From Parcubacteria group bacterium (GTDB taxonomy: Bacteria; Patescibacteriota; Minisyncoccia; UBA6257; JACRHW01): a DNA stretch of 64,000 bases. The stretch is from contig JACRHW010000016.1 in NCBI GenBank assembly GCA_016217555.1, positions 8,845 to 72,844 on the forward strand. The letters are read 5' to 3'. A program made the translations under genes and the position numbers. Below, piece by piece: positions 38,263 to 47,798 of this stretch. The first letter of the stretch is position 1; each line of letters starts with the position of its first letter. The notes under the pieces were generated by a model, which was not told the DNA's origin, did no database searches, and saw only the letters and a list, made by a program, of their open reading frames with translations.

Positions 38263-38715
38263 ATGGGTAAAAAACGAGTCATAGAAGAAACAGGAGACCA
38301 AGCACTCAAAGCGAGTAGTGCTCTTCACGATAAAATTAAAGACAGTGCAGGAAAAAGCTCGAGTAAATTACTTGAACGTGGAAAGGCATATATTAATGCT
38401 ACCTATAACAATACTGTTATCGCCATCACCGATATGCAAGGAAATGTGATTGCGTGGAACTCTGCAGGAGCACTTGGCTTCAAGGGTCCCAAAAAGGCCA
38501 CACCTTTTGCAGCCGCAAAGGTAGTTGAATCAGTAAGTGAGAAAATTGCAAAAACTGGCCCTACAAAAATAGATGTTATTGTAAAAGGAGTGGGTGGTGG
38601 ACGAGATTCAGCAATTCGTGCCTTTGCAGGAAGAGGATTTGAGATAGATTCCATTGTTGATATGACTCCTATTCCTCACAACGGTCCACGTCCTCCAAAA
38701 GTAAGAAGAGTATAA
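38263..38715 (+). CDS. rpsK: 30S ribosomal protein S11 with N-terminal extension
   Basis: ATYNNT, KKATPFAA, TPIPHNGPRP. Confidence 0.97.
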   Translation: MGKKRVIEETGDQALKASSALHDKIKDSAGKSSSKLLERGKAYINATYNNTVIAITDMQGNVIAWNSAGALGFKGPKKATPFAAAKVVESVSEKIAKTGPTKIDVIVKGVGGGRDSAIRAFAGRGFEIDSIVDMTPIPHNGPRPPKVRRV

Positions 38716-38901
38716 AGGATTTGGCTTCCGAACACAGTGAGGAATTGCCAAACCTTTACCCCGCCTTCTAGGCACAATAACATAAGGTAAATTAAAGAAA
38801 TATGATACTACAAGAATATATGTTACAACAGTATGCAATGTGCTTAGAAGGCGGGGTGCTCAGTTTTATTAACTCACTTCGTTTCGTATAAAATTGGCAT
38901 G
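38713..38901 (+). mobile_element. Composite palindromic intergenic element, copy B
   Basis: TAAAGGATTTGGC..GCCAAACCTTT; inner IR ACCCCGCCTTCTA/TAGAAGGCGGGGT (compensatory change) around a different 74-nt core; ends ATTGGC-ATG. Confidence 0.85.
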
Positions 38902-39522
38902 ATTGGTCCTAAATGTAAAAAATGTAGAGCGGCGGGTGAGAAACTCTTTATGAAAGGGGAGCGTTGTCTTTCTCCAAAATGTGGAGCCGTACGACGTCCT
39001 TATCGACCCGGTGTACATGGGCCAAGCAAGAAGCGAAGAAATGTAACCGAATTCGGCAAACAACTTCTCGAAAAACAAAAATTAAAATGGACGTACGGAT
39101 TGCGCGAACAGCAATTTAAAAAATATTTCAAAGAAGCTCTCGCAGCTAAAGGCGTTACTATCAATCGCCTCGTGCAAACACTCGAGAGAAGACTTGACAA
39201 CGTAGTTTTTAGACTTGGTTTCGTCCCTTCACGAGGTATGGGACGTGCGCTTGTACGTCATGGTCATTTCCTTGTTAATGGAAGAAAGGTTACCATTCCT
39301 TCACTTGCAGTGAAACCCGGAGATATTATCTCTATCCGAGAAGGTTCAAAAGATCGGGGAGATCTCAAAGATGCGTCTATGAAAATTGCACACTACGAGT
39401 CACCTGCATGGCTTTCTATGAACAAAGAAACCCTTGAAGCAAAAATAACAGCGCTTCCAGAATTACAAGACGTAACTATTCCTTTTAATATCAATCTAAT
39501 AGTCGAATTTTATTCTCGTTAA
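38899..39522 (+). CDS. rpsD: 30S ribosomal protein S4 (zinc-finger type)
   Basis: CKKCR..C..C, LLEKQK, LERRLDNVVFRLG, VEFYSR. Confidence 0.98.
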   Translation: MIGPKCKKCRAAGEKLFMKGERCLSPKCGAVRRPYRPGVHGPSKKRRNVTEFGKQLLEKQKLKWTYGLREQQFKKYFKEALAAKGVTINRLVQTLERRLDNVVFRLGFVPSRGMGRALVRHGHFLVNGRKVTIPSLAVKPGDIISIREGSKDRGDLKDASMKIAHYESPAWLSMNKETLEAKITALPELQDVTIPFNINLIVEFYSR

Positions 39523-39616
39523 ATAAGATTAGCTCATAGCTGTTGGCTTACAGGGAGATGCAAACCATTGATTCCTAAAAGCTAAAAGCTAAAAGCTAAA
39601 AGCTAAAAGCTAAACT
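39523..39616. repeat. Heptamer-arm element with (AAAAGCT)x5
   Basis: ttagctcatagctgttggcttacagg...cct(aaaagct)5 directly before the rpoA ATG. Confidence 0.85.
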
Positions 39617-40384
39617 ATGAACATTCCTCTTCCTCAAGAACCATTATTTGAAGACAAAAAAAATAACATCGGCGTTTTTAAAATAGAAGGCCTTCACTCT
39701 GGCTATGGTATTACCCTTGGAAATGCCTTGCGACGAGTTCTCCTCTCTTCTTTGGAAGGTGCAGCGGTAATATCCTTCAAAATAGAAGGAGTAGACCATG
39801 AATTTACAACCATTCCAGGTGTTCTCGAAGATGTTATCCAGATCGTACTTAATCTTAAGAAACTGCGAATTAAACTCCTTAGCGATGGTCCAGAAACCAT
39901 CCACATACGTGTAAAGGGAGAGAAGGAGGTAACAGGACGTGATATAGAGAAAAATGCAAACGTGGAGATAATCAACAAAGACCTTGTGCTCATGACCGTT
40001 ACCGACAAGAAAACTTCTCTTACCATGGAAATCACGGTAGCGCATGGGCTTGGATATCAAACCTCGGACAAGGTACAGACAGAAAAACTTTCTATTGGTA
40101 CTATCGCCGTTGATGCCATCTTCACACCAGTCCGAAGTGTCCAAGACTCGGTTGAAAAAATGCGTGTTGGAGAACGCACCGATTATGATCGTCTTGTTCT
40201 TAAGGTTGAAACAGATGGCAGTATTTCCCCCGAGGAAGCATTTACTGAAGCAGTAGCAATTCTTATTGATCAATTCAAAGCTCTCACCATAGGAACAAAG
40301 ACAGAAGAAAACCAAACAGAAGCGGAAGACGTAATAGAAGAGGGTGAAGAAAAAACTAAAAAAACAAAAAAGGCAAAAAAGTAA
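39617..40384 (+). CDS. rpoA: RNA polymerase subunit alpha, lacking the alpha-CTD
   Basis: GYGITLGNALRRVLLSS, HEFTTIPGVLED, DAIFTPV, ETDGSISP; only 255 aa. Confidence 0.97.
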   Translation: MNIPLPQEPLFEDKKNNIGVFKIEGLHSGYGITLGNALRRVLLSSLEGAAVISFKIEGVDHEFTTIPGVLEDVIQIVLNLKKLRIKLLSDGPETIHIRVKGEKEVTGRDIEKNANVEIINKDLVLMTVTDKKTSLTMEITVAHGLGYQTSDKVQTEKLSIGTIAVDAIFTPVRSVQDSVEKMRVGERTDYDRLVLKVETDGSISPEEAFTEAVAILIDQFKALTIGTKTEENQTEAEDVIEEGEEKTKKTKKAKK

Positions 40385-40563
40385 AGGATTTGGCTTCCGA
40401 ACACAGTGAGGAATTGCCAAACCTTTACCCCGCCCTCTAGGCATATGGATACAAGATTAAAACAAGGCTCGATGTGCGTAGAGGGCGGGGTGCTCAATGT
40501 TGTAGATACATTTATCTCACTCAACATTGGGTTTCGTTCATAAATGTAAACAACATTGGCATG
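40382..40563 (+). mobile_element. Composite palindromic intergenic element, copy C (39-nt core inverted relative to copy A)
   Basis: Flanks match 2980-3161; core 40440-40478 is the reverse complement of 3038-3076 (34/39). Confidence 0.88.
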
Positions 40564-40908
40564 AAACACGTCAACAAGGTACGAAAATTTAGCAGAAAAA
40601 CATCAGAACGCAGGGCGTTTATTAAGGGCTTGAACCACAACCTTGTAATGCACGGAAAAATGGAGACAACTCTTACGCGCGCTAAGGCACTCAAAAGTAC
40701 AGTGGAAAAACTTATCACTGTTGCAAAAAAACAAAATGTTGCCTCATTACGTCTCCTCATGCGTCGCCTCCCAAAGATTTCTTCCAAAAAACTTTTCCAT
40801 GAAATTGCTCCAAAATATAAAGAACGTAATGGGGGATATACTCGCGTAATAAGAGGAAAAAGTCGCACAGCAGATGGTACCACCATGGCTATTATTGAAT
40901 TCGTCTAA
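40561..40908 (+). CDS. rplQ: 50S ribosomal protein L17
   Basis: METTLTRAK, EKLIT, RNGGYTR; start at ATG 40561. Confidence 0.96.
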   Translation: MKHVNKVRKFSRKTSERRAFIKGLNHNLVMHGKMETTLTRAKALKSTVEKLITVAKKQNVASLRLLMRRLPKISSKKLFHEIAPKYKERNGGYTRVIRGKSRTADGTTMAIIEFV

Positions 40909-40912
40909 ACAT

Positions 40913-41272
40913 ATGACTACTGCCACAAAATCACATATTATTGAGATGGATGTACAAGAAAAAATGCTTGGCCGCGTTGCCTCAGAAATTGCATCCCTCC
41001 TGCAGGACAAAAATAGTCCCTTCTTCGAACCACGCTTGGCAGGAAAGAATATTGTGAAAGTCTCAAATGCCGAAAAGATTAAATTGAGTGGAAAAAAGAT
41101 GGAGCAAAAAATATATTATAAACACACGGGCTATTTAGGCCATCTTAAACAACTCAGCGCCGAGAAAGTGTTTGAAAAAGATCCTACACGCCTTTTAAGA
41201 ACGGCGGTGTATAGAATGCTTCCTAAAAACAAACTGCGCGCGAAAAGAATTAAACGACTTATTTTCATATAA
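40913..41272 (+). CDS. rplM: 50S ribosomal protein L13
   Basis: LGRVASEIA, YYKHTGYLG, AVYRMLPKNKL. Confidence 0.96.
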   Translation: MTTATKSHIIEMDVQEKMLGRVASEIASLLQDKNSPFFEPRLAGKNIVKVSNAEKIKLSGKKMEQKIYYKHTGYLGHLKQLSAEKVFEKDPTRLLRTAVYRMLPKNKLRAKRIKRLIFI

Positions 41273-41366
41273 GCTTATAGCTGTTAGCTACTAGCTTATA
41301 GGAGACAAGGGGTACTAATCCCGAATATCCTAAAAGCTAAAAGCTAAAAGCTAAAAGCTAACGTAT
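41273..41366. repeat. Heptamer-arm element with (AAAAGCT)x4
   Basis: tagctgttagctactagcttatagg...cct(aaaagct)4. Confidence 0.85.
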
Positions 41367-41825
41367 ATGCCTACCACTGCTACTAAAATCAAAAAAACGG
41401 TGACCAAAAAAGTATCATCAACAAAAACAGAGGATACTGAAAAATACTTCTACGGTCTTGGACGAAGAAAGACAGCTATTGCTCAAGTACGCCTTTATCC
41501 CAAAAGAAAGGACATCATTATCAATGGCAAAGAATTTCATGCTTATTTCCCAACAAAGCGTACCCAGCTTACTGTTGAAGCTCCTTTCAAAAAAATGAAA
41601 ATTGCCGAATATTTCGGAGGCGATGTAAGGGTACTTGGCGGAGGAGTAAGTGCACAAGCAGAAGCCATACGCCTTGGTATTAGCAAAGCACTTCTCGCCT
41701 TCAATGGGGAGTTCAAGCGAAGACTTAAGCGTGCAGGGTATCTTACACGAGATCCTCGCATGGTAGAACGCAAAAAATACGGCCTCAAAAAAGCACGTCG
41801 TGCACCCCAGTGGGGAAAGCGTTAA
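41367..41825 (+). CDS. rpsI: 30S ribosomal protein S9
   Basis: GRRKTAIA, GGGVSAQAEA, RDPRMVERKKYG. Confidence 0.98.
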   Translation: MPTTATKIKKTVTKKVSSTKTEDTEKYFYGLGRRKTAIAQVRLYPKRKDIIINGKEFHAYFPTKRTQLTVEAPFKKMKIAEYFGGDVRVLGGGVSAQAEAIRLGISKALLAFNGEFKRRLKRAGYLTRDPRMVERKKYGLKKARRAPQWGKR

Positions 41826-41852
41826 ACTAGCTTTTAGCTGTTAGGTTTTAGG

Positions 41853-41881
41853 AAAAAGACGCCTTTGATGGGCGTCTTTTT
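41853..41881 (+). terminator. Intrinsic terminator after rpsI
   Basis: AAAAAGACGCC-TTTGATG-GGCGTCTTTTT. Confidence 0.7.
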
Positions 41882-41897
41882 GTGTTATTATCATAGT

Positions 41898-43190
41898 ATG
41901 AAATTCATTGTACGGGGAGGTAAAAAACTTGAGGGGGAAATTGTGCTTGGTGGAGCCAAAAACGCTGCCACAAAAATGCTTGTCGCCTCCCTTCTTACAA
42001 GCGAACCAATGGTACTTCATAATACCCCCAACATAGGGGATGTTGCGATCACCCAAGAGCTCTGTGAGCTCGTAGGAAGCTCTATAACAAGAGATAATAA
42101 CACCGTTACTGTTCACACCCCAGAAATCAAAAACACCCGCGTACTCTCTTTGAGTCGCAAAAATAGAATCCCTGTTCTGGCCCTCGGACCCCTCCTCGCA
42201 AGAACAGGAGAGGCCGAGATACCACTTCTTGGGGGAGACAAAATTGGCCCAAGACCAATCGATATGCATCTTACTGCCCTCGAAGAAATGGGTGCCATTA
42301 TAGAAAAAAGAGACTCCTCGTACTATGCACATGCTCCCCATGGTCTAAAAGGCGTAAAAATACAATTACGTTATCCAAGCGTAGGCGCAACAGAAAACAT
42401 AATCCTCGCTGCAACTTTAGCAAAAGGGAGAACGGTCATCGAAAACGCCGCGACTGAACCAGAAATCATTGATCTCGTGAAAATGTTGCAAAACATGGGG
42501 GCAATCATCGAGTTGGGTGCTAACAGAACTATTTATATCGACGGAGTAAGATCCCTCCGTGGAGGGGAGCATACTATTTTACCTGATCGTAACGAAGCGG
42601 CCTCTTTTGCGTCTCTTGCTGTTGCGACACGTGGTGATGTTTTTGTACGCAATGCTAAACAAGACCACCTCATTACGTTTTTAAATGCCCTCCGAAAGGT
42701 GGGGGGAGAATATAAGGTAGAAAATACAGGAATCCGTTTTTGGAGGGGAAAAAATTTAACGAGCATCGAACTTGAAACAGACACCCACCCCGGCTTCATG
42801 ACCGATTGGCAACAACCCTTTACCCTCCTCCTCACGCAAGCAAAAGGAAGCTCTATTCTCCATGAAACAGTATATGAAGACAGGTTTGGACATGTAGGAG
42901 AATTAAATATCATGGGAGCTGATATACACGTATTCTCAAAATGCCTCGGAGAGATCGCTTGTCGATTTAATGGCAAAAATCATCAGCACAGCATTCTTGT
43001 AAATGGCCCCACCCCCCTCAAGGGAATATCGCTCACTATAAAAGACCTACGCGCAGGGATGGCACACCTCATCGCTACCCTCATCGCAGAAGGAGAATCA
43101 ACCGTCGACAATATCGAGGAGCTCGACCGAGGCTACGAAAACATTGACACTCGCCTCCAAAACCTAGGAGCAGACATCATCCGAGCGTGA
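41898..43190 (+). CDS. murA: UDP-N-acetylglucosamine 1-carboxyvinyltransferase (Asp at the Cys115 position)
   Basis: GAKNA, GGDKIGPRPIDMH, SVGATEN, HPGFMTDWQ, RGYE. Confidence 0.96.
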   Translation: MKFIVRGGKKLEGEIVLGGAKNAATKMLVASLLTSEPMVLHNTPNIGDVAITQELCELVGSSITRDNNTVTVHTPEIKNTRVLSLSRKNRIPVLALGPLLARTGEAEIPLLGGDKIGPRPIDMHLTALEEMGAIIEKRDSSYYAHAPHGLKGVKIQLRYPSVGATENIILAATLAKGRTVIENAATEPEIIDLVKMLQNMGAIIELGANRTIYIDGVRSLRGGEHTILPDRNEAASFASLAVATRGDVFVRNAKQDHLITFLNALRKVGGEYKVENTGIRFWRGKNLTSIELETDTHPGFMTDWQQPFTLLLTQAKGSSILHETVYEDRFGHVGELNIMGADIHVFSKCLGEIACRFNGKNHQHSILVNGPTPLKGISLTIKDLRAGMAHLIATLIAEGESTVDNIEELDRGYENIDTRLQNLGADIIRA

Positions 43191-43335
43191 ATTTCTAATA
43201 TCTAATTCCTAATTTCCAATAAAAATTTCTTGTCATTCCCGCGCAGGTGGGAATCCAGACCCCACTTATTCCTTTTGCATCTTGTATTTTTTACCGTTCA
43301 TACTAGATACCAGGTACTAAATACAAAATACTCGT
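43190..43335. repeat. Cluster of heptamer (AATTTCT, GATACTA) and ATTCCC-N8-GGGAAT repeats
   Basis: aatttctaatatctaattcctaatttcc; gtcattcccgcgcaggtgggaatcc; tactagataccaggtactaaatacaaaatact. Confidence 0.6.
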
Positions 43336-43381
43336 TCCTTGTGTATTCCTTCCAAACACTAATTCCTGTATACTATTAGAT

Positions 43382-43891
43382 ATGGAATCTTTTTTTGTCC
43401 TTCTCGATGATATTGTTGTGAGAATCACCGTTATTCTTATTGTGTTTTTTATATTGAAATCCTTAGTGCGTCCCGTTGCGCGCCAACTTATTCATATCAG
43501 TAAATCCAAGCCAAAACTCATTCAGGAAAAAAGGGTCAAGACAGCAGTCAGCTTCATCAATAGTATTGCAACAATTATATTATGGGTTCTCACACTCTTC
43601 ACTATCATTGCGCAATTTCATATTGATATAAAAACCCTTCTCGCTGGAGCTGGTATTTTTGGTGTTGCTTTCGGACTAGGTTTCCAATCAGTTATCAAAA
43701 ATTTCTTAACAAGTTTCGGTCTTTTCTTCGGTGGCTACTATGAAATAGGGGATATGGTAACTATCGCGGGGGTAAAAGGAACAGTCCAAGAAATAAATCT
43801 CAAAAATACGATCCTTGAAGACGAAGGAGGCATCATCCACTTCGTCCCCAACAGCGAAATAAAAGTCATCACCAACCTTTCAAAAAAATAA
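43382..43891 (+). CDS. MscS-family small mechanosensitive channel
   Basis: LLAGAGIFGVAFGLGFQ, IGDMVTI.GVKGTV.EI.LKNT, VPNSEI. Confidence 0.88.
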   Translation: MESFFVLLDDIVVRITVILIVFFILKSLVRPVARQLIHISKSKPKLIQEKRVKTAVSFINSIATIILWVLTLFTIIAQFHIDIKTLLAGAGIFGVAFGLGFQSVIKNFLTSFGLFFGGYYEIGDMVTIAGVKGTVQEINLKNTILEDEGGIIHFVPNSEIKVITNLSKK

Positions 43892-43942
43892 ATCCTATAA
43901 TCAATGTAGTTCCTGAGCTTGTCGAAGGACTACCTTACACCC

Positions 43943-45022
43943 ATGATTCCCCAACAAAAAAAAGCCATCCTCTATCTCGGAATAATTTTTGTAATTATGG
44001 TTTTGTGGCATCCTGTCACACACGCACAAGGTGGAAGTATTTTTGACGCAGTAGATCCACTAAAAGATCAGGGCATAGAAAGCGTTGTAAACAATATTCT
44101 CAAATTCATGCGAGACATTGGCATTGCCCTCGTCACCATTTTTATCATCTATGGCGGTATCACATGGATGACCTCAGCGGGTGATCCGGGTAAAATCAAG
44201 GCAGGACGAGAAACTCTCCAATGGAGTCTCATTGGACTCGCCGTAATTCTTATGGCATCAGGCATCACCTCAGCAGTACTCGAAGCACTCAAGGTGAAAA
44301 ACAACCCAGTGGATCAACCATTACCACAACAACAAAATCAAAACGATAACACAAAAGGAAATTTTGATAATACAGATACCAAACAAGTAGTGGCAGATAA
44401 CACGGATGATGGTAATGATAAACCACCTTGTGATTTAAATCAAAAACAAAAACAAACCGCATTCTTATTATACGCCGCTGATTCCAATAAAAAAGGATTT
44501 CCATGTCTTCTTTCAACATATCGAGCTTATATGGCCAAGGCATGTGTCGAAGAACAATATGCGAAATATGGCGAAGGAAAAACAAATGCCACAACTCTTT
44601 CCAAAAAATATGGTAACCCGGATGGTGGCGCTTGGTGTGCTGCTTTCGTTTCATACTGTTATGGAAAAGCGGGTATTCCCTGGCCAGTTAATACTACATA
44701 TGGCAAAATTTATGTCCCTGATGTATGGAATAACTGGGGGGGAACAAAATTTACTCCAGAGGACATTGCGACAGGAAAAACGAAACCGCAAACTGGAGAT
44801 TTAGTAATATATAAAGATAATGGATCCCCACCATATGCACACATAGGTATGATCACAGATTATAATTCAAAAACGGGGGTATTTTATACGCTTGAAGGAA
44901 ATGCTAGTAGTAATGACTCTAATGCTCCAGGGGCAGTCATAACCAGGCGATCTTTCCGCTATGATCAAGTCCACACGGGAACTGGCTCCGGAGATAGGCA
45001 TAATCTTTTTCTAAGACCATAA
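43943..45022 (+). CDS. VirB2/TrbC-like pilin fused to a CHAP domain
   Basis: IIYGGITWMTSAGDPGKIKAGRETLQWSLIG pilin pattern; AWCAAFVSYC, PQTGDLVIY, HIGMI, TLEGN. Confidence 0.82.
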   Translation: MIPQQKKAILYLGIIFVIMVLWHPVTHAQGGSIFDAVDPLKDQGIESVVNNILKFMRDIGIALVTIFIIYGGITWMTSAGDPGKIKAGRETLQWSLIGLAVILMASGITSAVLEALKVKNNPVDQPLPQQQNQNDNTKGNFDNTDTKQVVADNTDDGNDKPPCDLNQKQKQTAFLLYAADSNKKGFPCLLSTYRAYMAKACVEEQYAKYGEGKTNATTLSKKYGNPDGGAWCAAFVSYCYGKAGIPWPVNTTYGKIYVPDVWNNWGGTKFTPEDIATGKTKPQTGDLVIYKDNGSPPYAHIGMITDYNSKTGVFYTLEGNASSNDSNAPGAVITRRSFRYDQVHTGTGSGDRHNLFLRP

Positions 45023-45034
45023 AAAAAATTAAAT

Positions 45035-45286
45035 ATGTCTAAAAAACTTTTGATAATTCCCTTTCTTATTCTCATGGCAATTTTGGGGGCAGAAATGTAT
45101 TATTATATAAATCAAACAAGATCAAAAACCGAAATCATACTACCAGCTACACAACAACTTATAAAAAAACAAACGGGAGCAAGAAAATTTCCCATAATAC
45201 ATAGTCAACGATGGAATAATCTTCGGGAAGATGAATTAAGGGCGGAACCAGAAACGATGAGAAGATCTTATTTGCTTTCTACTTAA
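45035..45286 (+). CDS. Small single-TM hypothetical protein
   Basis: N-terminal hydrophobic helix; tight spacing within the operon. Confidence 0.55.
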   Translation: MSKKLLIIPFLILMAILGAEMYYYINQTRSKTEIILPATQQLIKKQTGARKFPIIHSQRWNNLREDELRAEPETMRRSYLLST

Positions 45287-45301
45287 ATTTTTACACACCT
45301 T

Positions 45302-46426
45302 ATGTCCACCAAGAAAATAGTAGTCATCGTATCTCTCATAAGTACCATTGCATTAGCGGGGTGGTATTTAGTACCCAAAAAACAAATTCCTACCGATGCA
45401 CAACCAATAAAAACCACTGCAACATTTCGACAAGATCTCCCTACCCCAACCATCGAAAGTACACAAGATCATACAATAGCCTTTCCAGTATTGTCGCAAG
45501 ACGACCAATCGATACGCTATTTGAAAATAACAGGAAACACAATAGAAGATAATACTTTTTGGGAGTTGAAAACTGACGGAACTAAACGTCAACTCACTTT
45601 TGATCATATTGATGAAATACAAAATATTATATGGTCTCCTAATCGAGAAAAAGCTCTTATTCTTGTTAAAAATAATCCGGAAATAGCTAATAATGAACCG
45701 GCGTTCCATACCATAAAATTTCCGGAACTTGCCTATGTAATGTATCTTTATGATCTAAAAACAAACGTCTCAAAAGTTCTTTCGGATAAAATTAAATTCG
45801 CCACATGGTCTCCTGATGGATCAAAAATAGCCTATGCTTATGACGATCGAGTTTTGACGATAGCAAACCCAGATGGGTCTGATTATAAATCGCTGTGGGA
45901 TATTACAAAAGACCCTACTCTTTCTAAAACAAAGAATTTCTTTTTTGCATTATCGTGGCCTCAACCAGATACCATTGTTCTTGACTTAGCGAACCTTGAT
46001 ATATCGGGAACAATTTATCACATCAACCCTCTCACTGGTGTTAAGAAAAAACTACTTTCTTCTGCAGATGTACCGATACCTTCCCCAGATGGAAAACGGG
46101 GGATAGCCTATGGATCTAATAAAGAAACACGAACCCTAGCGCTTTGGGGAGAACATCTAATTGGAAAAAACATTAGCCCAATCTCAACCCGTACCAGATT
46201 CCCAGACCTAACAGCTTGGAATCCTGATAATCAACATGTCTACGTTGTAGAAAACGAACTATATACAACAACACCAAGGGTACTTGATATTAATAGCGAC
46301 AATGGCGCTTACACTACATTAACATGGCCTGGACAACCTTTTGGAGTAAGTGATGTTTTGATAACAAAAACAGGGGACAAACTCTATCTTGTGGGTTACA
46401 ATCAAATTCGGATTTTAAATCTTTAA
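45302..46426 (+). CDS. Membrane-anchored TolB-like beta-propeller protein
   Basis: N-terminal TM; repeated WSPN/WSPDG/PSPDG/WNPD motifs. Confidence 0.78.
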   Translation: MSTKKIVVIVSLISTIALAGWYLVPKKQIPTDAQPIKTTATFRQDLPTPTIESTQDHTIAFPVLSQDDQSIRYLKITGNTIEDNTFWELKTDGTKRQLTFDHIDEIQNIIWSPNREKALILVKNNPEIANNEPAFHTIKFPELAYVMYLYDLKTNVSKVLSDKIKFATWSPDGSKIAYAYDDRVLTIANPDGSDYKSLWDITKDPTLSKTKNFFFALSWPQPDTIVLDLANLDISGTIYHINPLTGVKKKLLSSADVPIPSPDGKRGIAYGSNKETRTLALWGEHLIGKNISPISTRTRFPDLTAWNPDNQHVYVVENELYTTTPRVLDINSDNGAYTTLTWPGQPFGVSDVLITKTGDKLYLVGYNQIRILNL

Positions 46427-46440
46427 AACAATGACACAAA

Positions 46441-47718
46441 ATGATTAACAAAAACTTTGTTATCTCTTTTTTTCTGAGTGGAGTTTTGTTTTTCTTAATT
46501 TCTCCAATAATCACAAAAGCCTCTCAAGAAAAAATAATTATATATTCTGCAACATGGTGTGGTGCGTGCAATACATCAAAGGATTATTTAAAAACAAATG
46601 GCCTTGTGTATGAAGTAGTCGATATTACGAATTGGACTGATGAAAAACTAAAAAAAGAAGGGATAGGAGGAGTACCGGTGATTCAAGTGGGAAATACCAA
46701 ATTCCTTGGCTTAGATGATGCGAGAACAAGTTTGGAACAACTCAAAAATAATCTTATGGCGGATAAAGAAAAAACTGATGCCCCAACCTCCCAGAACAAA
46801 ACAAAAACAGGAGGCTTCCAACTCGTTCCTTGTAACGGAGTCGATTGCTCGCTGTGTGATGTGTTTGTCATGGTAAACAACATCTATCAACTCCTTGTTT
46901 GGATTGCCGCTTCGTTTGCTATAGGGCTTATCACCTATGCGGGGATTACCATGATTGTAAATAGTGCGAATCCAGAAAAAGCAAAGAAGGGAAGAGAACT
47001 GATTATTCAAACCCTGATTGCCCTTGCTATCGTATTTGGTTCTAGCTTGATTGTAAATGAAGTACTACATGCACTTGCAGGGAGTAGTGCAACCTCGGAT
47101 AATGTATTTCATAAATTTACTTGTGAATCGAAGTCACCAACCCTTGGGGGGGTAGGACTTTCAAAGGTGGGGGGAGGAAAGATAACCCTAAATGGAGCGA
47201 CGCAAAATGGTGGTGGGCAAGGCGGAGGAGGTGGAACAAGCGCAGAAGGCCAAGCATTAGCAGATAAAGCAAGAACACTCGAGGGGCATAAAAGTACAGA
47301 ATTTTGTAGTTTTGATCCACGCAATGCGTGTGCCTCAGTCGTAAGCGACGCATTAGGACTATCTCAAGCAGATATGCTTAAATATGGGACAAGAAGTGTT
47401 GACGGTGTTGCAAATTTTGTAAAAACCCAAAGAGGTTACAATAGAAAGGTTACTGATCCTTCGCAACTAAAACCAGGAGACATTGTCTTACTTAATGTCG
47501 GAAGTCGTTATAGTAATGACGCTGGTGGTGTTTTTTCAAATGATCCAGTATGGTCCCAACAAGCAAACAAAGTTGGGGGTTATCCTCAGCATGTTGGTAT
47601 TTATGTTGGTAACGGGATGATAATTGATAATTCATCAGAACCAAAAGGTTCTCAAGGCAATGGAGTTAAATACCGCCCACTAACAACCCATACCTTTTTT
47701 GGTGGACTGGGAAAATAA
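46441..47718 (+). CDS. Glutaredoxin-like domain + pilin + NlpC/P60-like peptidase fusion
   Basis: YSATWCGAC; LVPC..DCSLCD..LITYAG..GRELI pilin; ACASVVS, LKPGDIV, HVGIYVGNGMII. Confidence 0.78.
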   Translation: MINKNFVISFFLSGVLFFLISPIITKASQEKIIIYSATWCGACNTSKDYLKTNGLVYEVVDITNWTDEKLKKEGIGGVPVIQVGNTKFLGLDDARTSLEQLKNNLMADKEKTDAPTSQNKTKTGGFQLVPCNGVDCSLCDVFVMVNNIYQLLVWIAASFAIGLITYAGITMIVNSANPEKAKKGRELIIQTLIALAIVFGSSLIVNEVLHALAGSSATSDNVFHKFTCESKSPTLGGVGLSKVGGGKITLNGATQNGGGQGGGGGTSAEGQALADKARTLEGHKSTEFCSFDPRNACASVVSDALGLSQADMLKYGTRSVDGVANFVKTQRGYNRKVTDPSQLKPGDIVLLNVGSRYSNDAGGVFSNDPVWSQQANKVGGYPQHVGIYVGNGMIIDNSSEPKGSQGNGVKYRPLTTHTFFGGLGK

Positions 47719-47798
47719 TAAAAAACAACAACGCAGGAAATGGTATCGAGTACCCTTTTGTCTTTTTGTAAAGTACGAAATATTAAAATTGATTATAC

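Noticed and set aside
39577-39611. Tandem repeats as a CRISPR array
   Set aside because: 7-nt units without spacers; no 25-40 nt repeat-spacer pattern or cas genes seen in the window
39644-40444. Long antisense ORFs (e.g. 266 aa opposite rpoA, 165 aa opposite fusA, 170 aa opposite rplO)
   Set aside because: Shadow frames of conserved genes with no motifs; the shared RGRGKGLA N-termini come from the composite repeat
43188-43190. UGA-to-Gly recoding (code 25) as in Gracilibacteria/SR1
   Set aside because: TGA ends murA and murG at their expected C-termini, and conserved genes have no internal TGA
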